Assembly (NCBI RefSeq): GCF_000025505.1
Contig: NC_013849.1
Span: 1,860,001 to 1,892,000, forward strand
Source of the DNA: Ferroglobus placidus DSM 10642
GTDB taxonomy: Archaea; Halobacteriota; Archaeoglobi; Archaeoglobales; Archaeoglobaceae
DNA length: 32,000 bases
Direction of reading: 5' to 3'
This document shows positions 10,508 to 19,303 of the stretch, in pieces (positions within the stretch are counted from its first letter, which is position 1; every line of letters starts with the position of its first letter). The position numbers and the translations under genes were made by a program. The notes under the pieces were generated by a model, which did no database searches, was not told the origin of the DNA, and saw only the letters and a program-made list of their open reading frames with translations.

Positions 10508-12183
10508 ACCTCCTCATCGATGATCTCGTTCAAAGCAGCTCCGGCGGGAACCATCGGATAAACGTTCTCAAGCCTGTCAACTCTGAAGTCGACGACGACT
10601 GGAGCGTCAATACTCAAAGCTTCCTTGATAGCATCTTCAACCTCGCTTTCCCTTTCAACCGTCATTCCAACAGCCCCAAACCCTTCAGCAATCTTTTCAA
10701 AACTCATCTCTTTGCAGAGCAAACAGGTTTGAGAGTACCTTTCGTCGTAGAACAGCTGCTGCCACTGCCTAACCATTCCGAGGAATGCGTTGTTCAAAAT
10801 GAAGACTTTCACGTCAATGCCGTAGTCGACGCAGGTGGCAAGCTCCTGAATGTTCATGAGAAAGCTTCCGTCTCCAGCTATGTCAACGACTGTTTTGTCT
10901 GGAAAAGCCGTCTTAACTCCTATCGCCGCCGGAAATCCAAATCCCATAGTTCCCAATCCGCCTGATGTTATGAATTGCCTCGGATACTTAACTTTGAAGT
11001 ACTGAGCAGCCCACATTTGATTCTGCCCGACTTCAGTCGTTACTATCGCATCCGGAGCTAATTCGTAAAGCTTTTCTATAACGTACTGCGGCTTGAGCTT
11101 TCCGTCTCTTTTATACCTCAGCGGATATTTCCTCCTCCACTCGTTCACCTTGTCCTCCCACTCCTTCCTTCTCTTGTACTGAATGTGCTTTATCAGCTCC
11201 CTCAAAACGAGCTTAGCGTCTCCAACTATTGGCACGTCAACCCTAACGTTCTTTCCGATTTCAGCTGGATCGATGTCTATGTGGATTATCTTAGCATTCG
11301 GAGCGAAGCTGCTGACCTTGCCGGTTGTTCTGTCGGAAAATCTCACTCCGACGGCGATTATCAAATCGGATTCCTGAACAGCATAGTTAGCATACTTAGC
11401 TCCGTGCATTCCTATGAATCCCAAGCTTAACGGGTGAGTTTCGGGAATGGCTCCCTTCCCCATCAAACTCGTGACGACGAAAGCCGGAATAGTTTCAGCT
11501 AATTTAACGAGCTCTTCTGAAGCGTTGGAAAGGATAACTCCTCCTCCGGCGAGAATTATCGGTCTCTCAGCCTTCATTATCAGCTCTGCAGCTCTCTTTA
11601 TCTGTCTTGGATGTCCAGCATATTTTGGCTTGTATCCGGGGAGGTCAACTTTTTCCGGATAATCGAACTCTATATCCGCTATGGTAACATCCTTCGGTAA
11701 ATCTATTAAAACAGGTCCCGGTCTTCCGGTTCTGGCTATGTAGAAAGCCTCTTTGATTATCCTGAGAAGTTCTTTTTCGTCGGTGACGAGGTAGTTATGC
11801 TTAGTGATCGGCATGGTTATTCCGGTTATATCCGCTTCCTGAAAAGCGTCGTTGCCTATCAAGCTCCTCGGAACTTGCCCCGTCATAACTACAACCGGTG
11901 AAGAGTCCATGTAGGCTGTTGCAATTCCAGTAACGGTGTTCGTTGCTCCCGGTCCCGAGGTTGCGAAAGCGACTCCGACTCTGCCAGTAGCTCTCGCGTA
12001 ACCGTCTGCTGCGTGAACCGCTGCTTGCTCGTGCCTCGTGAGAATGTGCACTATCTCCGAATCGAAGAGAGCATCGTACACTTCGATTATCGCTCCTCCG
12101 GGTATTCCGAAAATGTGCTTCACACCTTCCTTCTCCAAGGCCTTGACAATAGCGTCGGCAGCCCTCATAAAAACCACCCACAA
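10504..12183 (-). CDS. ilvB: Acetolactate synthase large subunit (ThDP-dependent)
   Basis: 559 aa: [43 protein letters not shown], and ThDP motif [14 protein letters not shown]...KVFILNN. Confidence 0.96.
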   Translation of the reverse strand: MWVVFMRAADAIVKALEKEGVKHIFGIPGGAIIEVYDALFDSEIVHILTRHEQAAVHAADGYARATGRVGVAFATSGPGATNTVTGIATAYMDSSPVVVMTGQVPRSLIGNDAFQEADITGITMPITKHNYLVTDEKELLRIIKEAFYIARTGRPGPVLIDLPKDVTIADIEFDYPEKVDLPGYKPKYAGHPRQIKRAAELIMKAERPIILAGGGVILSNASEELVKLAETIPAFVVTSLMGKGAIPETHPLSLGFIGMHGAKYANYAVQESDLIIAVGVRFSDRTTGKVSSFAPNAKIIHIDIDPAEIGKNVRVDVPIVGDAKLVLRELIKHIQYKRRKEWEDKVNEWRRKYPLRYKRDGKLKPQYVIEKLYELAPDAIVTTEVGQNQMWAAQYFKVKYPRQFITSGGLGTMGFGFPAAIGVKTAFPDKTVVDIAGDGSFLMNIQELATCVDYGIDVKVFILNNAFLGMVRQWQQLFYDERYSQTCLLCKEMSFEKIAEGFGAVGMTVERESEVEDAIKEALSIDAPVVVDFRVDRLENVYPMVPAGAALNEIIDEEV

Positions 12184-12646
12184 CTACCTGAGAAAAATTA
12201 GCATACTACTACAACAGGAAGGTTCAACATTGTTTGCATCGCCTTCTCCTTCGAAAGGGGAATTTAAATAGTTTTTGGTTTTAGAGAACGTGTCCAGAAA
12301 TAACCTCCCGAGATAAGACTGCAAAAATATTACTATCGAATTAAACTCCTTCATGCTCAAGAGGTTGAATACTCCCATCTACGACGTCGAACTGATTCTG
12401 AAATTCCTTCACGTGATATTGGCATCGCTGAAGATTGATGATAGATTTGAAAAGTGTACAGAAAAGCTGAAAACTTCGGAGATCTAAGCGTTGAATTCGG
12501 CGAGAGGTTGAATTGGCAGACTTGTAACAATAACAGCAATCGATAAACCCCTAACCCGAACACACGACCCCTGAATCCAGTTAGGATGTCGATCTCGAAG
12601 AATGAGAGCGAAAAGCTTTTATTCATCAAATTAAATGCATTAAAAA

Positions 12647-13279
12647 ATGATCCTCGTTGGAGAAGGAGAAGGTTTAGAAACTCCCGACTCTTTTATGAAG
12701 TGTAAGGTTTCGGATAAAGTATTAAATCTTCTCGGAGACTACCGCTACCTGACAAAAGGTTACTATGTCTCTCTCCACGCCGAAGAAAATGGTTGTGAGG
12801 TTTTTCCACCAGTTAAGAATGCGCTCGATGCATACAGAGCTCCTTTGTTTACGAACATGCTTCGAAAACTCGGGTTCGAAACTCCAGACTTTGAAGTGGT
12901 TTGCAAGCCAAAACCGGAGAAGTGCGTTTTGCTCCCCTTAAATCCATTCTCCAAAAATTCGGTCAGGCTCGTGAAAAACGATTATCAGTATCTAAAAGCG
13001 TTCAGGAGATTGAGCATTAATAATCGCTACCCGGTTGTGCAGGTTAGAGTCGAAAGATTTGAAAAACTGAAAATACACCTAACAAAAGCTGATAAAGACG
13101 AATACAGCTTTATATCCGAAAGATTGTTTAGGACTTTGAAAATTCCACTCGGCAAAGTTTTCGTTGATGTAAGTGATGGAAAACCTAAACCTTTTTACTT
13201 CGCACCGCTTGAGAGGGGTGAGATAGACCTCGATATCATATTCGAGGTTCTGAATAATGAGGATAGCCTGTTTTGCTGA
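12647..13279 (+). CDS. RLAN-like domain protein (RimK-like ATP-grasp N-terminal domain type), stand-alone ORF
   Basis: 210 aa (MILVGEGEGLETPD...YYVSLHAEENGCEVFPPVKNALDAY...FFRTLKIPLGKVFVDVSDGKPKP-like). It immediately precedes and overlaps the ATP-grasp ORF, matching the bacterial fusion architecture. Confidence 0.65.
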   Translation: MILVGEGEGLETPDSFMKCKVSDKVLNLLGDYRYLTKGYYVSLHAEENGCEVFPPVKNALDAYRAPLFTNMLRKLGFETPDFEVVCKPKPEKCVLLPLNPFSKNSVRLVKNDYQYLKAFRRLSINNRYPVVQVRVERFEKLKIHLTKADKDEYSFISERLFRTLKIPLGKVFVDVSDGKPKPFYFAPLERGEIDLDIIFEVLNNEDSLFC

Positions 13280-14117
13280 GAGCTACAATTTCAAGTTCAA
13301 ACAGGAAAGGCAGGCACTCGAAATTTTCAAAAGAACTGCTGAAGAGCTCGGACACAGCTTTACAATTCTGGGAAAAGAGATTCTTCAACGTATCGACGAT
13401 TTCGACTCTGTGTTTATCAGAGCAACAACTGATCCTCTCTTCACTTCTTACATTGTCTCAAGGCTCGCTGAAGAGATGGGGAAAAAGGTGATTGACGATT
13501 CGGAAAGCATAAGAATATGTTCAAATAAGGTTGCACTCTACTACAGATTGAAAAAAAGTTCAGTTCCAACGCCAAAAACGATACCTTTCTTCGGGGACTT
13601 TGAAAATCTTGAAAGCTATGCTGAAGAGCTGGGATATCCAGTTGTCGTGAAGAGACCGAACTCAAGGTTTTCTCTTTACGTGGAGAAGGCAAATAATTAT
13701 TACGAGCTCATTAAGGTTGTGAAAAAGTACATGAGGAGAAGTAAGGCTTTAATTTTGCAAGAATACGTGCCAACAGCATTCGATTGGCGTATTGGGGTGC
13801 TTGGGAGAGAAGTTATCTACGCATGCAAGTATTTCATGCCCAAAGGCGGGTGGAAGATTACAGATTACATCGGCGGAAAGAAAGTCTGGGGAAATGTGAA
13901 GGCAGTTAGGGTTGAAAATCTGCCATCAAAACTTAGAAAAATTGCTGTAATGGCTGCAAAAAGCGTCGGAAACGGACTTTACGGTGTAGATGTAAAAGAA
14001 ATTAACGGAAATTACTACGTCATCGAGGTAAACGACAATCCAACGATAATGCACGGCGATGAGGATGCGAAAAATCCTGAGCTTTACGAGAAGATTATTC
14101 TCGCGCTGACCAGCTGA
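13257..14117 (+). CDS. RimK-like ATP-grasp ligase
   Basis: 286 aa: SVFIRATTDPLFTSYIVSRLAEEMGKKVIDDSESIRICSNKVALYYRLKKSSVPTPKTIPF, YPVVVKRPNSRFS, LILQEYVPTAFDWRIGVLG, YVIEVNDNPTI. Confidence 0.9.
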   Translation: MRIACFAESYNFKFKQERQALEIFKRTAEELGHSFTILGKEILQRIDDFDSVFIRATTDPLFTSYIVSRLAEEMGKKVIDDSESIRICSNKVALYYRLKKSSVPTPKTIPFFGDFENLESYAEELGYPVVVKRPNSRFSLYVEKANNYYELIKVVKKYMRRSKALILQEYVPTAFDWRIGVLGREVIYACKYFMPKGGWKITDYIGGKKVWGNVKAVRVENLPSKLRKIAVMAAKSVGNGLYGVDVKEINGNYYVIEVNDNPTIMHGDEDAKNPELYEKIILALTS

Positions 14118-14378
14118 GCCCTCGGTTTCATTCCTGGTGAGCGGGAAAGTTCTCCGATTATGATTTGCTGATTAGTAAACCGATTTATGGAGAGTTCTAC
14201 ATTAAATTCCTGAGAATGTTGGAAAAAGCAAGGTTGTGGCTTGAGAGCTAAGGCTGATTTGAAATCCGCTGAAGTGCTGATGGACATAGTTCCTGCAGAT
14301 AGCATCTACCACAGTCAGCAGGCTGTGGAGAAGGCAATTAAGGCAGCACTGGTTTTGAAGGGAATTGATGTCAAATAG
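14118..14378 (+). pseudogene. Decayed MNT-HEPN-type gene (minimal nucleotidyltransferase plus HEPN remnants)
   Basis: Frame-broken but continuous protein similarity pattern: GKFSDYDLLISKPIYGEFYIKFLRMLEKARLWLE then, in another frame, RAKADLKSAEVLMDIVPADSIYHSQQAVEKAIKAALVLKGIDVK*. The break fits loss of one AG in a GAGAGAG tract near 14243. Confidence 0.65.
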
Positions 14379-14418
14379 GCCCAATAAACCTTATAAATTA
14401 TAGCTTCGGAATGTAGCT

Positions 14419-15498
14419 ATGTGTAAAAATAGAATTTTAAAAGATTATTCAAAGCGCATAAGACGCTTCAAAGAACTAATCAAAAAAAGTATTTGGATTA
14501 TTGGGGCCATCCTTGTATTTGTATTAACTTTTATATTTCCAACAAACATAAACGTCAAAACGGACGACGTTAGATATCTCTTGAGTGCATCTGCCCAAGT
14601 TGAAGCTACCATTATTGCAATATTCATCTCTATACTTTTGGTTGCCATCCAGCTTACTTTGAAAGATTATTCGGAAATAGTTTTAGATGTTTATCGTAAA
14701 AACAAAAGTTTTTGGTCTATTTTAATCCTTTATTTAGTTTCAATTGTTATACTATTGATTTCACTGGCAAATGTTGAAGCTTTAACGAATTGGATTAAAA
14801 TTTATATATTTTTAGTGGTAATAAATTTATTAATATTGTTACCGTATATTATTTTGTATACATTTGAATTACTTAGCCCTCAAAAAATTGCGGAAAAATT
14901 TACGAACATGTATAAAATTAGTTATAATAATGGAGACAATTTTAATATTTTGAGAAAATATATAGAAATTTCAGAAAAAAGTATCGATTCCCATAACGTC
15001 AAGTTTGGTGTCAGCATATTAGATAAGATTAGAAAAAGTGTATCAGAAGAGCTAAAAGTAATAAATTACGAACTGATAAAAGATATTTCAAAGCTTGAAG
15101 ACATCTTGCTTTTTTTCGAAAATATCTCTTTTTGGTTGCGAGCTCTCACACTTTACATAATTGACCGTTACGAACACCGTATAATAACTAAGAACGAAAG
15201 TGACTGGCTAATGAATATTATCATTAAGATTTTACGTGATCTATGGGCTAACTTGGTAATTGGCCTGTATCCGTTTTATTCCAATCAAGAAACTGAAGAA
15301 AAACTTGAACGTTGTTTAAATCGATGCTTAATCGAATTAGAGACGATAGTAGGGAAACTCAAAACCGTTCCAGATTTAGAGGATAATTTGAGTAATTTTC
15401 TGAACGTTATACCATTTAGACAAATTGAAGACTTAGCAAGTAAAAATAAGAAACTAGAACACATTGCCGAACGTGTCAAAAAGTTAAAAAGCCCGTAA
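14419..15498 (+). CDS. Membrane protein of unknown function (N-terminal TM helices, C-terminal soluble helical region)
   Basis: 359-aa intact AT-rich ORF with several hydrophobic segments (IWIIGAILVFVLTFIFP, EATIIAIFISILLVAIQLTL, FWSILILYLVSIVILLISL, IYIFLVVINLLILLPYIILYTF). TATA-like ccttataaatta upstream. Confidence 0.75.
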   Translation: MCKNRILKDYSKRIRRFKELIKKSIWIIGAILVFVLTFIFPTNINVKTDDVRYLLSASAQVEATIIAIFISILLVAIQLTLKDYSEIVLDVYRKNKSFWSILILYLVSIVILLISLANVEALTNWIKIYIFLVVINLLILLPYIILYTFELLSPQKIAEKFTNMYKISYNNGDNFNILRKYIEISEKSIDSHNVKFGVSILDKIRKSVSEELKVINYELIKDISKLEDILLFFENISFWLRALTLYIIDRYEHRIITKNESDWLMNIIIKILRDLWANLVIGLYPFYSNQETEEKLERCLNRCLIELETIVGKLKTVPDLEDNLSNFLNVIPFRQIEDLASKNKKLEHIAERVKKLKSP

Positions 15499-15570
15499 CA
15501 GTATCATATATGTTTATTGATGTTCTTTTTAGTTCTAATTGAAAATTTACACTCGAAAATCTAGCAAATG

Positions 15571-16041
15571 CTATATTACTATCTCACCAACCTTCTCAGT
15601 TTCAGGTTCTTCTATCTCCAGAATTCTCCTCAAAGCTCTTTCATCGAGCTCATTAACGAGAGTCTTAATTGCTTCCACAGCCCTTTCGTACTGCTTCCTG
15701 TAAATCTCCTCGTTTTGCCTGAGAAATGTTACAAGTGAGCATATTGACTCCTTTTTGAGATATATCTCAATTTTACCCTCCCTCAGGTCGAAGGTGAAAG
15801 GTCCTGCAACGCAGGTTTCGGGCTTGATGCCGTGAATCAGGCATTTCCTCTCTTTCTCATCAAAAAACACGCAGTAGCCATTTTCCTTCACCTTTGGATG
15901 TGTGTATTCTTCAAAATCGAACAGCTCTAAGCTTATTCCAGAGTCCAGCAGAATTCTCAGCCTCCTCTCAGTAATTGGAGGTTTGGCATCGATGCAGCAC
16001 TTCCCACCACACTCAAAGCAGATTTCGTAAAAGTCAGTCAT
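15571..16041 (-). CDS. YkgJ-family CxxCxxCC-type (zinc/iron-binding) cysteine-cluster protein
   Basis: 156 aa: CFECGGKCCIDAKPPIT...GYCVFFDEKERKCLIHGIKPETCVAGPFTF. Overlaps the upstream GCS2 ORF by 4 bp. Confidence 0.8.
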   Translation of the reverse strand: MTDFYEICFECGGKCCIDAKPPITERRLRILLDSGISLELFDFEEYTHPKVKENGYCVFFDEKERKCLIHGIKPETCVAGPFTFDLREGKIEIYLKKESICSLVTFLRQNEEIYRKQYERAVEAIKTLVNELDERALRRILEIEEPETEKVGEIVI

Positions 16042-17135
16042 ACATACACCTCATTCCTTTCAAGACATTTTGAAAGTTCCTCGCACACGCCAATAATTTC
16101 TTTTCTACTGATGTCGCCCATGTTCATGAGAATCGATTCACCCAAGCTACCCTCCTTGATTCTCAGCTTGACGATCTTGAGATATTTTTTCTCCTCATCG
16201 TCCGCATTCTCTTTTGCTTTTCTAAATAGTTCCTTCAACTCGGATTTGAGCTCTGCAGTTCCGCTCCTTATCGCACTGTCGAGTTTCTCGATCAGTTTCT
16301 CCCTTGGCAATTCTTCTATTTCAGCCCTTAGAATTGCCCTAATGAAAGCAGTGAGAGCCACGTCGCTCTTTATACACTCCTGCTCGTCCATCACTTTTAT
16401 TTCAAGGCATTTCCTGCTGAACCTAACTATGACTCCCCTCGAATTCACCCACTCACGACAGAGTACATGAGCGTCTCTTTTCCTCAGCTCCTCATAAATT
16501 CGCTCGAGAATTTTCCTGTACTCTCTTAAACTTGCTATCTTTTCTGGAATTACATCGTTGCATATTAGCGGTATTTCCTTCTGATTGATCCTGTAAAAAT
16601 TGAGTCTTGTGTCGATGTAGTACGGCATCCCCTCGCATATTGGTGAGGCAGAGGCGATGGCAGCGATGTATGGAATGAGAATTCTCAACTTGTTGTGAAG
16701 CTCGACAGCCTCTCTTTCCGACGAATACGAGATATTGAGCTGAAAGCTCTGAATGTTAAGCCAGCCATGCTGTTTTATATTGAAAATCCTGTCGTAAGCT
16801 TCGTATATCTTCCTGTCCCTGTGATCCCACACTTTCGCATTTTCGAGCTTTAATAAAGGGTGCATCCCCAGTCCTAAAAGCTTGCAGCCGTCCATAACGC
16901 TAAGAAGTTCCTCAACACCTTCCTGCATTACCTCCTCAAACTCAGAAAGTTCTTCAAAGGGTTTTACGGGTTTTAATTCGATGACGTGCTTTTGCAGTTC
17001 CTTGCCAATAATTACCCTTCCAATGACAGCTTCATTTGCAATCCTTCCTCTTATTTTCCTGATTATTTGATCTGAAATCGGCAAAGGATTGAAGTTTTCA
17101 TCATTTATCGAAAACTCGTGCTCAGGGCCAAGCAT
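16038..17135 (-). CDS. GCS2-type carboxylate-amine ligase (glutamate-cysteine ligase-like)
   Basis: 365 aa: GPEHEFSINDENFNPLPISD, GKELQKHVIELKPVKPFEELSEFEEVMQEGVEELL, LGLGMHPLLKLENAKVWDHRDRKIYEAYDRIFNIKQHGWLNIQSFQLNISY. Confidence 0.85.
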   Translation of the reverse strand: MLGPEHEFSINDENFNPLPISDQIIRKIRGRIANEAVIGRVIIGKELQKHVIELKPVKPFEELSEFEEVMQEGVEELLSVMDGCKLLGLGMHPLLKLENAKVWDHRDRKIYEAYDRIFNIKQHGWLNIQSFQLNISYSSEREAVELHNKLRILIPYIAAIASASPICEGMPYYIDTRLNFYRINQKEIPLICNDVIPEKIASLREYRKILERIYEELRKRDAHVLCREWVNSRGVIVRFSRKCLEIKVMDEQECIKSDVALTAFIRAILRAEIEELPREKLIEKLDSAIRSGTAELKSELKELFRKAKENADDEEKKYLKIVKLRIKEGSLGESILMNMGDISRKEIIGVCEELSKCLERNEVYV

Positions 17136-17139
17136 AAAA

Positions 17140-18338
17140 TCACCCAGTCAAATAAAGCATGGTTGCACCTATTAGCACAGTCAAAAAAGTTAAAGGCGCA
17201 CCAACTTTAAGGTATTCGAAGAAGTTGACGGTTATTCCATGCTTTTCTGCATTCTCCACAACTATCAAATTTGCAACACTTCCTATAATTGTCAGATTTC
17301 CAGCAAATGTTGAGGACATGGCTAAAATGTACCACAAATTACCGTTTGCAGCCTGAACTGCGGGAAGAACCATCATAACGAACGGAACGTTGCTCACAAG
17401 ATTGCTACCCACTACTGTCAGGAAGCTCATCCAATAATATGACGTAAGACTATCCTCATAGCTCAGCATGGATACCAGATAGTCTCCGTAGGCTTTCTCG
17501 AAACCGTGCATGACTATGAAGAGATTGCAAAAGAGAAGCAGCAAACTCCAGTCAACTCTTTCCAGAGCTTCCTTTGGCTTTATTCCTCCTATTGCAAAAA
17601 TCGTAGCAGCACCAATTAATGCTGCGAGCGAGATAGGATAAACTTCGGTTATAAACAGGAGTAGCACGAGCATGAACACAGCTAAACTTTTAGCAGTCAG
17701 TTTTCTGTCAAGGCTGATCTCAATCTCTACAGCCCTGAAATTATTCAACTCTTTCCTGTAGATTAAATAGATGACCGCATAAGTCACAAAAAGCCCAGTA
17801 ATACTTACCGGAAGCATTTTTGCAGCAAATTCGATGAATCCAACGCCTGACTTCATACCGATAAGCATGTTTTGCGGATTGCCAACAATCGTTGCAGCAC
17901 TTCCGATGTTTGCGGAGGTCGCTAAAGCTATGAGCAAAGGCACGGGATTTATTCCCGACGCCAAAGCCAACCTCACAACGACAGGAGTCACATGAAGACG
18001 CATATCGTGTCGTTTACGAAGAAGGCTGATAGAAAGCCAGCCAAAAAAACTATGGTGAAAAGCAACCTCTTCCCATTTCCAGAAAACCTCATGATTTTGT
18101 AAGCGAGATAATCGAAAAATCCTGCGATGCCAAGATAAGCTGTTAGAACCATCATCCCAAAAAGTAAAATTATCGTGTTGTAGTCTATCGCACTAACAGC
18201 CTCATCGAGGCTCAAAACACCGAAAGCAAGCATTAAAGCGGCTCCGATTGTAGATGCTGCGGGCCTATCTATTCTGCTGTAGATATTTTGCAATGAGATG
18301 AGAGCGTAAGTTAGGATGAATATCAAAAGCTCGATCAA
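17140..18338 (-). pseudogene. SLC13/ArsB-type anion permease, interrupted by one frameshift near 17998-18003
   Basis: Two overlapping ORFs (17988-18338 N-terminal and 17140-18003 C-terminal) join into one transporter: ...GFLSAFFVNDTICVFM / TPVVVRLALASGINPVPLLIALATSANIGSAATIVGNPQNMLIG... Could be a real frameshift, an assembly or sequencing error, or recoding. Confidence 0.8.
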
Positions 18339-18382
18339 AAAATCACCTCCGTAAGGGTTCTAAACGTTTTATCTTAACTTGG

Positions 18383-19297
18383 TTAGCTAATACCCAGCCT
18401 AACCCTGACGTAATCGAAAATCACCTTTGGAACGTTTATGCCGGTTGCTTTTTCGAAGCCTTCAAATCCTGGAGATGAGTTTACCTCACACACCATGTAG
18501 CTATCTCCATTGAAAAGAACGTCCACGCCAGCTATATCCAAGCCCAGCAATTTCGCAGACTCAACAGCAAGCCATTCAACAGCAGGATTTAGATTAAATG
18601 GAGATACTTCCCCTCCTGATGAAAAATTAGCCTTGAACTTCTCTCCCTTAGCTTTTCTGAGCATTGCACCGATTGCTCTTCCACCTACAACAAAAACACG
18701 GATATCCCTCCCTTTACTTGATGAGACAAACTCCTGAATAATCAAATTAACTTTTGGGTCCTTTGAAATTTCCAGTAAACCTAAAAGATCTTCTAGCTGA
18801 GCTCTGTTCTCGCAGAGGAAAACGCCTTTTCCATGGGAGCCGGAGACAGTCTTTACTATTAGGGGATAGTTAAACTCCTTCTCAACTATGTCAACATTCA
18901 GAGGAAACTTGGCAAGCATGGTTTTGGGGATCGGAATGTTATTTGCAGCGAGTATTTGGAGGGTAGCAAGTTTATCCTTAGCGGCTTCTATGCTCTGACT
19001 TGAATTAAGAACGAAAACACCAAGTTTTTCGAGATGTCTTATCACGGCCAAGGCAAAGTAAGTTGTGCCCGCGCCCATTCTTGGAATCAGACAGTCCGGC
19101 AAGTCCGATGGACTGCCGTTGAAAAATAAACTCCTCCCCTCCCTCGTAACGATTATATCAAATTCTTCTGGTGCAACCAATTGAAGCTCAATTCCCATCT
19201 TCTCCGCTTCTTCTTGAAAACGCCTATTTTCATACGATTTGAAATTCTTCTCTTTCGCGAGAATCCAAACCCTCATAGCTATCCCCAACCGAGTCAT
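18383..19297 (-). CDS. RimK/MptN/CofF-type ATP-grasp ligase
   Basis: 304 aa (likely real start MRVWILAKEKNFKSYENRR at about 19276): AAKDKLATLQILAANNIPIPKTM, YPLIVKTVSGSHGKGVFLCE, LIIQEFVSSSKGRDIRVFVVGG, VCEVNSSPGFEGFEKATG. Confidence 0.88.
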   Translation of the reverse strand: MTRLGIAMRVWILAKEKNFKSYENRRFQEEAEKMGIELQLVAPEEFDIIVTREGRSLFFNGSPSDLPDCLIPRMGAGTTYFALAVIRHLEKLGVFVLNSSQSIEAAKDKLATLQILAANNIPIPKTMLAKFPLNVDIVEKEFNYPLIVKTVSGSHGKGVFLCENRAQLEDLLGLLEISKDPKVNLIIQEFVSSSKGRDIRVFVVGGRAIGAMLRKAKGEKFKANFSSGGEVSPFNLNPAVEWLAVESAKLLGLDIAGVDVLFNGDSYMVCEVNSSPGFEGFEKATGINVPKVIFDYVRVRLGIS

Positions 19298-19303
19298 TTT
19301 ATT

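Noticed and set aside
12353-12487. 44-aa ORF MLKRLNTPIYDVELILKFLHVILASLKIDDRFEKCTEKLKTSEI between ilvB and the RLAN ORF
   Set aside because: Too short, with no clear ribosome-binding site or family; may be debris but cannot be supported as a gene.
12357-12629. 90-aa minus-strand ORF in the 12.2-12.6 kb gap
   Set aside because: Overlaps the probable promoter of the RLAN ORF (gcttttattcat) and shows no recognisable domain.
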